A DNA stretch of 64,000 nucleotides from a virus. A program made the position numbers and the translations under genes. The stretch is taken from the IMG/VR virus record IMGVR_UViG_3300021431_000125. One strand, 5' to 3'. Of this stretch, positions 19,462-29,619 are shown piece by piece. Numbering within the stretch: position 1 is the first letter of the stretch; every line of letters starts with the position of its first letter. The notes below the pieces were generated by a model that saw nothing but the letters and a program-made list of their open reading frames with translations, was not told the origin of the DNA and searched no databases.

Positions 19462-20397
19462 TTAAAACAATTCAAATTTAACAAGCGCGTCAGTTAGCTT
19501 ATCCAGGTCGCAACTCCAATGGCTTTTGTTATATGAGGCGTAATAGTCATTTACCTTGTAATCCTCGATTTCGCAACAATCCGCCCGAATTCCCTTGTAT
19601 GTCAGGAAAGGAATTGCTGGATAAAGTATTGTCAGTAATTTGTCAAATTCGTCAAACTCACACGGTTTATCGCCACCGACCGACTGTTCGTGACCGTCAT
19701 ATGACCATTCAGTGCCACCAGTTATCCACGGTTCACCATATAAAAAGTTGCCTTTGACACAAAAACCGACTTGGTTGGCAGCACTATAGACATAAGCTCT
19801 TGTACGTTCAGCACTGTCAGCTTCATATACATTCCAGATTTCACGGTGTTTGCTTTCAACCAAAATATCACACTCAATATCCAGACTATTGGCAATTTTG
19901 GCTGAAGCCACCGCTTTTATTTTCTCCACATCGACAGGTTCAAAAATACAGGTTTCTATTGTGGATTTTGCACTGCGAGTCGGATTGGCGAATGACCTTA
20001 TCATGTCGTTTTTGATACACAGTTCGCGGTTATCGTCAAAATCTATAATGGTGAATTTGTACGAACTATCGTGTAACATGCAATGATAACGGTTGACCAA
20101 AGTGTATATCAGATTAGCCAAATCATTGTTAGTCAAACACAAGCAATCGACAAATACCGTGGCTTTTTCTGGTTTGTACGAAAACCATATGCTGTCGTCA
20201 TATGAACGCTCATAATTTGCTGTAAAAACAGCCTCTCTAAGACGTTCTTCAAGTTTTTTAATTGAACAATCATATGTACTATCCAAATTCAAGTATTCAG
20301 CCTCTTCTTTTTTCTGAAGCTTTTCGCTAACCAAACGCTTGAAAAGCGTGGTTTTACCACTGCCTGGCAATCCATGTGCAATCAAAAACTTTTTCAT
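19462..20397 (-). CDS. P-loop kinase, polynucleotide-kinase (T4 Pnk N-domain)-like, with unassigned C-terminal domain
   Basis: N-terminal FLIAHGLPGSGKTTLFKRL Walker A as in Pnk/zeta-type kinases; class-I promoter 30 nt upstream. Confidence 0.6.
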   Translation of the reverse strand: MKKFLIAHGLPGSGKTTLFKRLVSEKLQKKEEAEYLNLDSTYDCSIKKLEERLREAVFTANYERSYDDSIWFSYKPEKATVFVDCLCLTNNDLANLIYTLVNRYHCMLHDSSYKFTIIDFDDNRELCIKNDMIRSFANPTRSAKSTIETCIFEPVDVEKIKAVASAKIANSLDIECDILVESKHREIWNVYEADSAERTRAYVYSAANQVGFCVKGNFLYGEPWITGGTEWSYDGHEQSVGGDKPCEFDEFDKLLTILYPAIPFLTYKGIRADCCEIEDYKVNDYYASYNKSHWSCDLDKLTDALVKFELF

Positions 20398-20426
20398 GTT
20401 ATATACATTTAATGCTTTAACAAAGA

Positions 20427-20453
20427 TATAACCGTATCTTAGTTATTTTTTCC
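20427..20453 (-). promoter_or_regulatory. class-I promoter-like element upstream of Pnk-like kinase gene
   Basis: TATAACC-N12-TTTTTTCC; 30 nt to ATG 20397. Confidence 0.6.
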
Positions 20454-20470
20454 GCAAAAATATTCAAAAA

Positions 20471-20803
20471 TTACGTAATACGGATTAGTCCATCATCCTT
20501 TACGTTCTCTGTGTCGTTTGTATAGTAACTTACTGGAGTCTTGTGTATGAAACTAACATGATAGTCATTTGCTGACAAAATTTCTTTTCCGTGTTCCTGT
20601 GTGGTAACAAATTGATAACATGTGTATCCTTCAACAGTTCCTGTTTTAACTTCACCATTACTGTCGTTATAAGTAATGATATCACCGTCAACTCCCTCAT
20701 CGTGGTTGGTATTCAGGTTCCAAAGAACCCCGTCTCTAACTTCCCAACGACAAAAATCACTTAATTCATAAACATTGTCTTTGACTTTGATTTTAGTTTT
20801 CAT
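20471..20803 (-). CDS. hypothetical protein
   Basis: ORF track. Confidence 0.5.
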   Translation of the reverse strand: MKTKIKVKDNVYELSDFCRWEVRDGVLWNLNTNHDEGVDGDIITYNDSNGEVKTGTVEGYTCYQFVTTQEHGKEILSANDYHVSFIHKTPVSYYTNDTENVKDDGLIRIT

Positions 20804-21001
20804 CCTTTATAATCTTATTATTAATTATTTTTAAAATAACATACCTATTTGGCTCATTATGTATAGGGTGTTCTTTGATAATATTTTCTTTGATTAATTC
20901 AAGTTCAAGTGTTTCGTTACTTTCAGCAACAACACATGCGTCATATTGGTCGTATAATTGATAATCCTTCATGTATTCTACCTGTTTAGTGTAAATATGT
21001 T

Positions 21002-21244
21002 TTAATTTTCTATTTTAACCTTGTCATATGGACATTTTTTCCCTGGATAATTACAGGTGAAACAAAGCCCATCACCAAAGAATCCCCAATGTTTGCAGTT
21101 ATTGTATATGTAATCACGCTTTTTCTTATTTTGCACTTCAGACGGCTTAAACCCATCTAATGAATAACCACATAGGTACAATCGTTTACCATTCAATGTG
21201 CCAGCTTTTAACTTTGAATTAATTGGTATCTTTATAAAATTCAT
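21002..21244 (-). CDS. small Cys-rich protein (C-terminal part of track ORF 21002-21406)
   Basis: CKHWGFFGDGLCFTCNYPGKKCPYD; upstream part of track ORF overlaps neighbour. Confidence 0.35.
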   Translation of the reverse strand: MNFIKIPINSKLKAGTLNGKRLYLCGYSLDGFKPSEVQNKKKRDYIYNNCKHWGFFGDGLCFTCNYPGKKCPYDKVKIEN

Positions 21245-21566
21245 CAACCATTGCCTGGGCATCTTTGTTAAATTGGCAAACAAGCTTTGTAAGGTCAAAA
21301 TCATCATAAAATATCTCAACTTTAGGCTCCAATAGATACGCTGGTACCACCTGTTCTCCAACGATGAATGATTTGTGCTCTTTAATGAATTGTTCTTTTG
21401 CCTCATTTAACAAATTTAATACTTTGGCTTTTATTGTTTCTCTGGTTGGCGTATCGTTATGTTCATAAAGAAATTCTTCAACTATTGAATTGAGATGTTC
21501 ATTAAATGTCTTCGCCAAACGAATGTTCTGAACAGAATCTAGTGTTTTTTCATTGAAATGTATCAT
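21219..21566 (-). CDS. hypothetical protein
   Basis: ORF track. Confidence 0.45.
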   Translation of the reverse strand: MIHFNEKTLDSVQNIRLAKTFNEHLNSIVEEFLYEHNDTPTRETIKAKVLNLLNEAKEQFIKEHKSFIVGEQVVPAYLLEPKVEIFYDDFDLTKLVCQFNKDAQAMVDEFYKDTN

Positions 21567-22102
21567 TATATAGACCTATATTCTCCATAATGTTCGAGTG
21601 AACCGAATGAAAACAATGCCTGCTTGGTGTTTTTGTCGAACACTGTTATAGCCAACAGCCCTTGGCAACCGCTGTAATAGGAGATAACCCTTACCTCATC
21701 ATCCCAATGATTGTTCGCATAATCACATACAATATCAATAAAGGGTGTGCTAATTGGATATTCAACAGGCTCGCCTTGGGCATTGTAGCCGCGCTTGCAC
21801 TCCAGTCTGCCGTTTTTGCTGCCGAAATATGTAAGTATTCCGCTTCCGTTTATTAGTGCGTGTTCATATCTGATGGACAAGTTCATGTTTTCGTTGGCAT
21901 GATATGAACGATAGTTTTCCTTTGTGATTTTGTTTTCATACTCATCCTCATCAAACGCCGCCATCCAGCACATCACATTTCCTAACGTATCATTGCAAGC
22001 TTGTATCTCGATATGGTTGTCTGATGTATATTCGGTAGCGTTTTGAAGGAATTCATCCTGAACTTTGGTGATTTCTTTCTTTAATTTTTCCATAAAATTC
22101 AA
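21566..22102 (-). CDS. hypothetical protein
   Basis: ORF track. Confidence 0.5.
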   Translation of the reverse strand: MNFMEKLKKEITKVQDEFLQNATEYTSDNHIEIQACNDTLGNVMCWMAAFDEDEYENKITKENYRSYHANENMNLSIRYEHALINGSGILTYFGSKNGRLECKRGYNAQGEPVEYPISTPFIDIVCDYANNHWDDEVRVISYYSGCQGLLAITVFDKNTKQALFSFGSLEHYGEYRSI

Positions 22103-22104
22103 TT

Positions 22105-22569
22105 TTATTTGTCTCTATTTAAAAGTTTGTTAATATATTCAATGTTTTTCTTTTTTTCATCAATTTCGCTTTCAAGTTTTTTTTGGATTTGTGTTAGCAC
22201 AAAATCGTTTGGATGTTTGACACATTCCGCAATCTTGTGTACAAATTTGCTAAATTTACTTTCGATTTGTCCTTCTCGGTGGCTGCCAAACATGACACAG
22301 TCATAGGTTATAATATTTTCCGTTGGCTGGTTGGATGGAAAAACATAAAAAGCATAAAGCCAAGGAATATGGTCTTCATCCACCGAATAATCCGCATAAA
22401 AAATCACAGTGTCCGTATTCTTGAAAGAGTTTGTCTCTGAATATTCGGTTAAAACCTGCTGGTACTTCTCCATGTCAATGACATATGGTATGTCGTATTT
22501 AAGTCCAGTGTCAAGAATGTCCTCCATGTACTCATTCTGGTAACTGTCTGTTCCTTTATCGTATTTCAT
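22105..22569 (-). CDS. hypothetical protein
   Basis: ORF track. Confidence 0.5.
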   Translation of the reverse strand: MKYDKGTDSYQNEYMEDILDTGLKYDIPYVIDMEKYQQVLTEYSETNSFKNTDTVIFYADYSVDEDHIPWLYAFYVFPSNQPTENIITYDCVMFGSHREGQIESKFSKFVHKIAECVKHPNDFVLTQIQKKLESEIDEKKKNIEYINKLLNRDK

Positions 22570-22763
22570 GTTAAATCAATTGGTTTTAGTTGGTTAAAAT
22601 CATATTTCTTTCGGAATTCTTCAATTTCCTCTGGTGTGAGAACCTTTATGTTGTTATCCTCGTCTATAAACATATAGGATTCCCCGTAAACAAGGGTATT
22701 ACGCAGAACCTGTTCACAGATATCCTGTGCTTTCATTTCAATTTCAAGGTCAGTCATAACGTT

Positions 22764-23063
22764 TCAGATTTCTTCACTTATTACGATGGCTCCTTGTATC
22801 CATATGCGTTTACCGTCAAGGTCGAAGAACACCTGGTTGTCCGCACCGTCGTCACGTATGTCGAATTTGCCTTTGTATGTCCTGATGGTATCTCCGTTAT
22901 AACTGTATACCGTCAATGTACGGTTGAGACCGCCACCCCAGTCACTGCCAATGCTTTTTATTTCACGTTTGCAGCTTTGTGGACCAAAAGCAAAAAATAC
23001 AAAAACCAAACCAACGATAATAAGTATAACCACAAAAATACCAAAAAATGTTCTTTTTTTCAT
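22764..23063 (-). CDS. small N-terminally membrane-anchored protein immediately downstream of sigma factor
   Basis: FFGIFVVILIIVGLVFVFFAF TM then ~70-aa soluble domain; start overlaps sigma stop. Confidence 0.5.
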   Translation of the reverse strand: MKKRTFFGIFVVILIIVGLVFVFFAFGPQSCKREIKSIGSDWGGGLNRTLTVYSYNGDTIRTYKGKFDIRDDGADNQVFFDLDGKRIWIQGAIVISEEI

Positions 23064-23599
23064 ATTCTAAAATATTTTCCGTAATTAAAATTCAATTTGT
23101 CTTTAATCCTATAATATCTGGACTTGATTGTACTTTCGGGCATCCCAAACATTTTGGAAATCTCCTTGAATGTATATTCGTCGATAGCGACAAGATTCAC
23201 CAAAGTACGTTCCTCTTCAGTCAGGCAGCGCATGATTTTCAGAATCAAGTCCTGTTTCTCATAATCGGTAGCCAAATCAAAATCGTCGCTTAATTCAGGA
23301 AGGAATTCACTCTCTATTGGAAGATACCGATACTTCATATCCTTCTTGTAGCGGTTAATGATTTGCCTCATAATTATCCTGTGCATCCATCCCTCAAAGG
23401 TTCCGTCACCCCTGTATTTTTTGATATTGGCAAATATTGACACGAAACCTTCAACCAACACATCCTGGGCAATGTCATCGTCAGCCGAATATCGTCGGCA
23501 TAAAGCATAAAACTTAGGACTGTACTTGTCATATAAGGCTCGTTGCATTGAAGGGTTGTTGTTTCGACACCCTTCTATAATGTTGTCTATATTATCCAT
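23060..23599 (-). CDS. ECF-type (sigma-70 family group 4) RNA polymerase sigma factor
   Basis: region 2 ALYDKYSPKFYALCRRYS..DIAQDVLVEGFVSIF...FEGWMHRIIMRQIINRYKK and region 4 LTEEERTLVNLVAIDEYTFKEISKMFGMPESTIKSRYYRIKDKL. Confidence 0.85.
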   Translation of the reverse strand: MDNIDNIIEGCRNNNPSMQRALYDKYSPKFYALCRRYSADDDIAQDVLVEGFVSIFANIKKYRGDGTFEGWMHRIIMRQIINRYKKDMKYRYLPIESEFLPELSDDFDLATDYEKQDLILKIMRCLTEEERTLVNLVAIDEYTFKEISKMFGMPESTIKSRYYRIKDKLNFNYGKYFRI

Positions 23600-23608
23600 A
23601 AATCAAAC

Positions 23609-23878
23609 TTAAAGCGATTTCCAAACCACAACGCTATCAAAACTACAAGAGTCATAATACACAACGCGCAATTCCGTGTTGCCGCGATACACATCGATTG
23701 CCTGGGGTTCTTTATTGTAAGCTGAAATAACCCACAAAATGATAGCCAAGCCGACCAGATTGAACAGGAAACTCCATATCATGATTATGATTGGAATGTT
23801 TTGACTTTTGAATGACAACAAATATCCCAAGCACCCAATGCATATGAAACTTATCGCTATAAATAAAAGTATTGTCAT
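23609..23878 (-). CDS. small membrane protein (2 TM)
   Basis: hydrophobic segments. Confidence 0.45.
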   Translation of the reverse strand: MTILLFIAISFICIGCLGYLLSFKSQNIPIIIMIWSFLFNLVGLAIILWVISAYNKEPQAIDVYRGNTELRVVYYDSCSFDSVVVWKSL

Positions 23879-24189
23879 TTGGCGTCGTAATATATCATGT
23901 TTTCCACAGAGTATTCACCATAGTTTTGATGGTAATCGCTGTTCAATTTCTTGCACCTTTTCTCGGCTTCCTTTTTTGTATGCCCACGGCTCCATATGCA
24001 GTCAAAGTACCCGTTCCTGTATCTGACAATCCCCCACACAGGGGCTTTATCCATGTCAATGTCCAGTAATGTGGTAGGATTGCCGTTGGCTGTTTTGGGT
24101 TTCTGAGTATCAGTTTCCGTCTCCTTGTTGGATGACCCGAACAAGAAACCGACTATAAAACTAATGACTATTAATAATAAAATATGCAT
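23875..24189 (-). CDS. small membrane-anchored protein
   Basis: N-terminal TM LLLIVISFIVGFLF. Confidence 0.45.
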   Translation of the reverse strand: MHILLLIVISFIVGFLFGSSNKETETDTQKPKTANGNPTTLLDIDMDKAPVWGIVRYRNGYFDCIWSRGHTKKEAEKRCKKLNSDYHQNYGEYSVENMIYYDAK

Positions 24190-24204
24190 GGTTTTGTTTT
24201 TTTA

Positions 24205-25518
24205 TCAATTGGTAGAGCTTTTCATGGGGTTGGCGCAAAAACCTATTCTTTTTTTAACCTTGTTGAGTGTACTAGTACCGCCTACGGGATTACTGGAATA
24301 TGAATATGGCTTAACATCTTCAGTATCAGGGTCATCATAACAATAATTAATCCCAAACTCATCTTCATTAACGTCACGTAATGGGTTGGTTTTTTCAGTA
24401 ACACTAAAATTGACTGTCATGTAATCTGGAGTCAGGTTTCTGTAATATATGATAAGGTCTTTGACTGCCTGGTCTGTGACTGAAGATACATTCATCCATT
24501 CAATGTCAATGTCTTTAGAATCAACATACAATCCATATTCTTTACTGTATTTCAAATCATCAACTTTGAAATTACAAGTACCCAAACGATTCCATGCCTT
24601 AGGCTGGTTCAATTCACAACGAACACATTTGTTCGAAAACGGTGTATAAAAAAACTGACTTACAAGCCTGTCACCATTGGCGAACATTAAATTAAGGGAA
24701 CCTCGCCTTTCTTCATTGTAACCGATATTCAAATCGTCAAAGGTGTCAATAAGACTGTATCCATTGTTAAGTTCAAACACAAGACTGCGTAGGCAATCAT
24801 AGTTCAAAGCGTTTACATAGGCAAACAAAGTTATCCTATCAACGCTCTCAATACATTTCTCAGTATTGATATTGTCGTGCATGTAGTCGGCAATGTCATC
24901 ATATTTCGGTTCAGAGAACGAAAAACTGTAGTGAAAACGACCAGGTCTGTTGTATATGTATTGTGACAGGTTCGAAACGTTGTTGCAGGTTATGATAAAC
25001 ATCTTTTTGGTCATGTTGATGCCGTCAAAAGTGGACAACATTTCATTTTGTGCACTCCCGCGTTGCTCATCATGTACAAACATTTTCTCAAATTCATCAA
25101 ACAGGAAAACACATTCCTGGCTAATCTGTGTCATAAATGTTGGTAAAGACGGGTGATAGAAATTCACGTTGATTACAGGATAGCCAGCGTTTATCATGTT
25201 GATACACATTTGCTTGGCGAATAAAGTTTTACCATTGCCCTTGTTACCCACAAGCATGATACCTAAGCTGCGGTTGAACTCCTTGTAGGTCTTCATACAC
25301 TTGGCGATTTTGTTCTGGTCGCTCCCATAGACTTTTCCGTTGATTTCAGGTCTGGTTGTCTTTACTACGAAAGGACCGTTGTCATCCACCATAAACTGGT
25401 AAAAGTCAGGTTCAAACTGGTCGTAAACCTCAATGTTTTCACCATATACTCTGTATTTGCCTTCTGTCTTTATTATTTGCATAGTTCTATTTTTTTTTCT
25501 ATTAACATTAATATACAA
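24205..25518 (-). CDS. classical AAA-family ATPase (start more likely internal Met at 25482)
   Basis: Walker A LVGNKGNGKT, Walker B VFLFDEFEK, sensor-2-like NRPGRF. Confidence 0.8.
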   Translation of the reverse strand: MYINVNRKKNRTMQIIKTEGKYRVYGENIEVYDQFEPDFYQFMVDDNGPFVVKTTRPEINGKVYGSDQNKIAKCMKTYKEFNRSLGIMLVGNKGNGKTLFAKQMCINMINAGYPVINVNFYHPSLPTFMTQISQECVFLFDEFEKMFVHDEQRGSAQNEMLSTFDGINMTKKMFIITCNNVSNLSQYIYNRPGRFHYSFSFSEPKYDDIADYMHDNINTEKCIESVDRITLFAYVNALNYDCLRSLVFELNNGYSLIDTFDDLNIGYNEERRGSLNLMFANGDRLVSQFFYTPFSNKCVRCELNQPKAWNRLGTCNFKVDDLKYSKEYGLYVDSKDIDIEWMNVSSVTDQAVKDLIIYYRNLTPDYMTVNFSVTEKTNPLRDVNEDEFGINYCYDDPDTEDVKPYSYSSNPVGGTSTLNKVKKRIGFCANPMKSSTN

Positions 25519-25523
25519 ATTTT
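25508..25523 (-). promoter_or_regulatory. class-II extended -10-like element upstream of AAA ATPase
   Basis: mRNA sense AAAATTTGTATATTAA, 26 nt before Met 25482. Confidence 0.4.
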
Positions 25524-25541
25524 ATACGTAACGCATAAATT

Positions 25542-25942
25542 TTATTTACCTGGTTTCAGTTTCATGTCATATTTGATTGCATCATAGAGTTTGGACGGTG
25601 TTGTAACGTTCATTATTTTTCCGTCAGAAAACGTTATTTCACATGGTTTTATGGAATTATCTTTGATACTGAAGTGCTTTGATTTGCCAAAATTACATTC
25701 CCACATCCACCAATTGATTAAATCAACCGCATATTCTGACGAATAGTCAGGTGTGGCAAAATCTTCGGCTATCGCGTTTACAAGGCTGTCGAATAAATTG
25801 CCATACGGTGGTTCATACGAAGTCGAATATATGTAATCCCTTTCACAGCCAGCATTGGTATATGCATTGGAGATTTCTTCACCAAACCGCTTGACGGTCT
25901 CATAATATGACTTCATTGAATTAATCAGTCCAACAAATGTTT
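25542..25942 (-). CDS. hypothetical protein
   Basis: ORF track (start MKKKTF). Confidence 0.5.
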
Positions 25943-26115
25943 TCTTTTTCATGTTATTCGTTGTTACGGTTAGCGTGTTTGACATTCAAAGTCCACCACT
26001 TGTCTTGGAATTTGTGCATTGTACGGCGGAGAGCCAGTTTTGCAAGTTTCTCTTCTCTTTTGATTTGCTTGGGAGTTTTCTCTTTTACTATATTTTCCAT
26101 AATCTGTGTTGTTTA

Positions 26116-26349
26116 TTAATTTTTGAGTTTTGATAAATTTCCGAATTTTGACAGCAGCATATTCTCCATCTCGTCGTCTGAAATTGTCGGCTGTTGTTTG
26201 TATTCATTAAAATACGATTCGCGCGATGCTTGACCTACAAGCACTTTGGCTGGTTTTGACACTTTGAATGAGGAAATGCGTTCCTTTTCACACAAGGGAC
26301 AGCAGTTTTCGGTATAAACCAAATGGTGTTTTTCACATGTTTTTTTCAT
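26116..26349 (-). CDS. small zinc-finger protein
   Basis: CEKHH...CCPLCEKE. Confidence 0.45.
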   Translation of the reverse strand: MKKTCEKHHLVYTENCCPLCEKERISSFKVSKPAKVLVGQASRESYFNEYKQQPTISDDEMENMLLSKFGNLSKLKN

Positions 26350-26359
26350 AATTCAAGTG

Positions 26360-26737
26360 TTATAAACATTTCAATGACTTTAAATATGAATTCAAATATG
26401 AAAGTATGTTTTCCCTTCCGTCTGGATTGGATGAATGGCATTCGAATTTCGGTAACGGCATGTTGTATTTCATACAAGTCTCAACCAAGACTTTCGCACA
26501 GTCAAGTCCAGTCTTTTCTTCACCCAAATCGTGGTCGAAGCAAACCAGCGCGGGAAACAGTTCCGCAGGGTCGTCCATAACCTTTGACATCCAGTCACAG
26601 AATTTTTCATATGTTTTAATCCACACGACCGCAGGTTCACCTTTAAAATCGTGTGAGTTTTTCTGTATCACTGGATACCAGTCGTAACTGAAAGGATTCC
26701 TCCTGTCATCTAACCATATAACCAAATTGTTGAACAT
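26360..26737 (-). CDS. hypothetical protein
   Basis: ORF track. Confidence 0.5.
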   Translation of the reverse strand: MFNNLVIWLDDRRNPFSYDWYPVIQKNSHDFKGEPAVVWIKTYEKFCDWMSKVMDDPAELFPALVCFDHDLGEEKTGLDCAKVLVETCMKYNMPLPKFECHSSNPDGRENILSYLNSYLKSLKCL

Positions 26738-26780
26738 ATGCCTTTATAACCGAAATATGTCTGTTTTTTCTGTGATTTTG

Positions 26781-27809
26781 TCATTTAATTGGTATCAGTG
26801 TTTCGGAATCAACATCCAATTGTCTGCAATTGTATTTAACAGCCTCCCTTGATGCGTTGGCATAACAATATATACAGAAATGCGGACAAGTGTTGTATGC
26901 CCCTATATCTTTGCTTAACATGCACCCACATTCCTTCCGTTGTCCTCTGTCTTTCCACCAATTGGTTGATACTTTATCGATAGACAATAACCCGCCATAA
27001 TTCAGAAAATTCAAAAAGGAAATATCATTAGCTGCAATTTTCTTGAATTGCTCACTGTCAATACACCTGTTATGCTGGATACCATATTGTTCAAGGTTGA
27101 ACTTTTCGCCACAGGTAGCCAGTTCAATCTCCCAGCCATCCTCTTTCCATTTGTCGCGTAGAGCGGCTATTCTGGACGCTACGGCATTCATCAGGTCTGG
27201 GGTGTATTCACTGTCCAGTATCGTTTCGTTGGTGAAACCGTTGCCGTATTTTAATAGGTTGGTTTGGACTTTTTTGTAGCAGTTGATGTCAACAAAACTG
27301 AAAACAAGTTTGTTTGTATACCCCTTTATTTTGTTTCCAATGTTTTCAATCCTGCCGATGAGTTCATCCTGGTTCATCGGCATAAGCGGGTCAAACCGCC
27401 AGATTACCCTGTCGGCCCCTACAGTATTCGACAAGTTGATAAATGTCTCAATACGCTTGTCAAGCGGCGGCAAATTCGGTTCAAACCCCTCTTTTTCATA
27501 GTCGTTCAAAGTGTATTGGAAATATGTGTGTATACCCTGCTCGTCAAGTTCCTTTTGGAAATCTATGATTTCCTTGTGGGGATTCTTTGTCCAGAACACA
27601 ATACCTTTCACTTTCTCATATGATATATATTGAGGTATGTTAGTATAAGGGTTGTTCCATACAGAATAGCCTGCTTTCCAACGGTTCATGAACCAGTTGA
27701 AATGAAAAGCGGGAATATCGGTGGAACGGCTGACGGACAATATGACAGGTGCTATAGCATCAACTGTATTGCCGTTCGGTAGTGTGAGTTTAACTTTTTC
27801 GTGCGTCAT
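26781..27809 (-). CDS. hypothetical protein with C-terminal Cys cluster (DUF1848-like, low confidence)
   Basis: CGCMLSKDIGAYNTCPHFCIYCYAN. Confidence 0.55.
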   Translation of the reverse strand: MTHEKVKLTLPNGNTVDAIAPVILSVSRSTDIPAFHFNWFMNRWKAGYSVWNNPYTNIPQYISYEKVKGIVFWTKNPHKEIIDFQKELDEQGIHTYFQYTLNDYEKEGFEPNLPPLDKRIETFINLSNTVGADRVIWRFDPLMPMNQDELIGRIENIGNKIKGYTNKLVFSFVDINCYKKVQTNLLKYGNGFTNETILDSEYTPDLMNAVASRIAALRDKWKEDGWEIELATCGEKFNLEQYGIQHNRCIDSEQFKKIAANDISFLNFLNYGGLLSIDKVSTNWWKDRGQRKECGCMLSKDIGAYNTCPHFCIYCYANASREAVKYNCRQLDVDSETLIPIK

Positions 27810-28452
27810 ATAATAACAATAATTTTATTCAATTTCTTTGAAGACCTGTGCATCTCCTGCTGGCACATCGCCATAGTCAGTAACATAATAACGCTTATGG
27901 GTTTCGTTATCTTTCATTTCAATACGTATTTTTCTGACAACTCCTGAAACAATGTTGCCAGTTTCGGAATCTTTGAAACAAATCATATCGCCAGGTGAGA
28001 AATTGAGAAAACCCTTTACATTATATTCAAATACCATAGTTATTGTGCATTTTAGTTATCATAGTCATCAAAATCTTCAGGATGGTAAGTATATTGCATT
28101 GAAAAGCATAACCACCCTGCCAGTATTCGCCATTCACTTATATCAAAAAACGGTAATACATGAAAATCCCATATAGGCGGCTGTATGGTAAAATGAATAC
28201 TTAAATGTTTTGTTAAGTAAAAATCTTTTTTCATGTTGTTTTAATAATAAAAATGGAATAGCGATTTAAGGTTATCGAATTTCTCGTCTTTGTCAATCGG
28301 TTCAATGGTTCCGTCTTCGTTGACTTTGACTACCATCCAACCAACGATTTCATTTGTGTTGTCATCAACCAGGGCTGACACTTTGCATTTTTCGGCGAAT
28401 CCAAAGCATTCGGTTAACTGGTCAATAATGGGTTTTAATTCTACTTTCATAA

Positions 28453-28887
28453 TTAAATCTTAATTTTTCTTGTTTTGTTTGGAATTAGAAATTTATTAAA
28501 TTTGGTCTTAACATAAAATTCCAGTTCTTTATCTGTTGCAAAGTAAAATTTTTGCGTACTGCCGTCAAGAAAATGTATCGTCAAGCAAGGCGCATTGTAC
28601 CATTTGTTGTCTTTGAACAATATGTGTTTGTTGGTACAATCCTCAATGTACTCAGGAGTACCAAAAAATGTATGTGTATATGTCCAAATATCGTTTTTAG
28701 CTTTATATATCGGAAACAAGCCACCGCCGAAAAACGAAAAATATCTGTCCCTTTCAGCAATCTCTGGCTGCACTTCACCGAATACTGGCTGGTATTTCTC
28801 ACCTTTAGGTATCAATGAAACTTTTTCACACAATGAAAGTTTTGAAACAGTAAGATGTGAAATATTATTATAAAGTGTTTCAGTCAT
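28453..28887 (-). CDS. hypothetical protein
   Basis: ORF track. Confidence 0.45.
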   Translation of the reverse strand: MTETLYNNISHLTVSKLSLCEKVSLIPKGEKYQPVFGEVQPEIAERDRYFSFFGGGLFPIYKAKNDIWTYTHTFFGTPEYIEDCTNKHILFKDNKWYNAPCLTIHFLDGSTQKFYFATDKELEFYVKTKFNKFLIPNKTRKIKI

Positions 28888-28895
28888 TTGTTTGT

Positions 28896-29339
28896 TTATT
28901 TGGCTTTCAGCTTGGCTAGTTCAGCTTCAAGCTCTTTGATTCTTTTCTCTTTAGCCAACTCCTTTTCCCTCAATTCAACCTTGTTGTCAACATATTTGAT
29001 GACAATCTTGTATATCCTGTTCTCTATGGAATCATCGTCTTCAAACCCTTTATGTTCATAAACAAAATAATTGTTTTCATAACCAGACCATTTTTGTTCA
29101 AAGGTACCGACACCAAACTGCTTTTCAAGTTGTTGGAAATACACACAGAGTTCTTCAGGTGTCTTACCAAACAACTCGTGCCCATCCAAACCTTCCTCTA
29201 CCTTGATTTCTTTTGGTATAAAGTCCTCATCTTTGACACATTGGTCGAACATCACAGCAAGCTGTTGTTTGTTGTAAAAGTGCCCATATACATAGTAAGC
29301 ACTCTCAATTACAGCATTTTTTATCCTATTCCTGTTCAT
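28896..29339 (-). CDS. hypothetical protein with C-terminal coiled coil
   Basis: ELREKELAKEKRIKELEAELAKLKAK. Confidence 0.5.
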   Translation of the reverse strand: MNRNRIKNAVIESAYYVYGHFYNKQQLAVMFDQCVKDEDFIPKEIKVEEGLDGHELFGKTPEELCVYFQQLEKQFGVGTFEQKWSGYENNYFVYEHKGFEDDDSIENRIYKIVIKYVDNKVELREKELAKEKRIKELEAELAKLKAK

Positions 29340-29619
29340 TGGTCTGATTGTTTAGTCGGTCAATTTCAGCAGCAATAAGTGCTCCAGCTTTTACCAATTC
29401 CCTTATACGGTTGTCTGGAGTTGGCTTGTACCAGTCAAGTGACCAGTCCTCTGGCCATCCAACATAGTCAAGTCGTTTTCCCCTGTATGGGTAAGCGTAG
29501 CAAGCAGCAGCGTGAGCTAATTCGCCGTTAATGTGTTCATTGTCATGTTCAGCATTCCAACCTTCAACTTCAATCTGACGTTTTCTTTCGTCAGCAATCA
29601 ATTCTACACCTGTTTTCAT
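29326..29619 (-). CDS. hypothetical protein
   Basis: ORF track. Confidence 0.45.
   Translation of the reverse strand: MKTGVELIADERKRQIEVEGWNAEHDNEHINGELAHAAACYAYPYRGKRLDYVGWPEDWSLDWYKPTPDNRIRELVKAGALIAAEIDRLNNQTNEQE

Noticed and set aside
22764-23063. Calling the small membrane protein after the sigma factor an anti-sigma factor outright
   Set aside because: Its TM helix is at the extreme N-terminus with no cytoplasmic sigma-binding domain of the usual ~80 aa. Position alone is suggestive, so it is kept as a hypothesis in the findings and not annotated as such.
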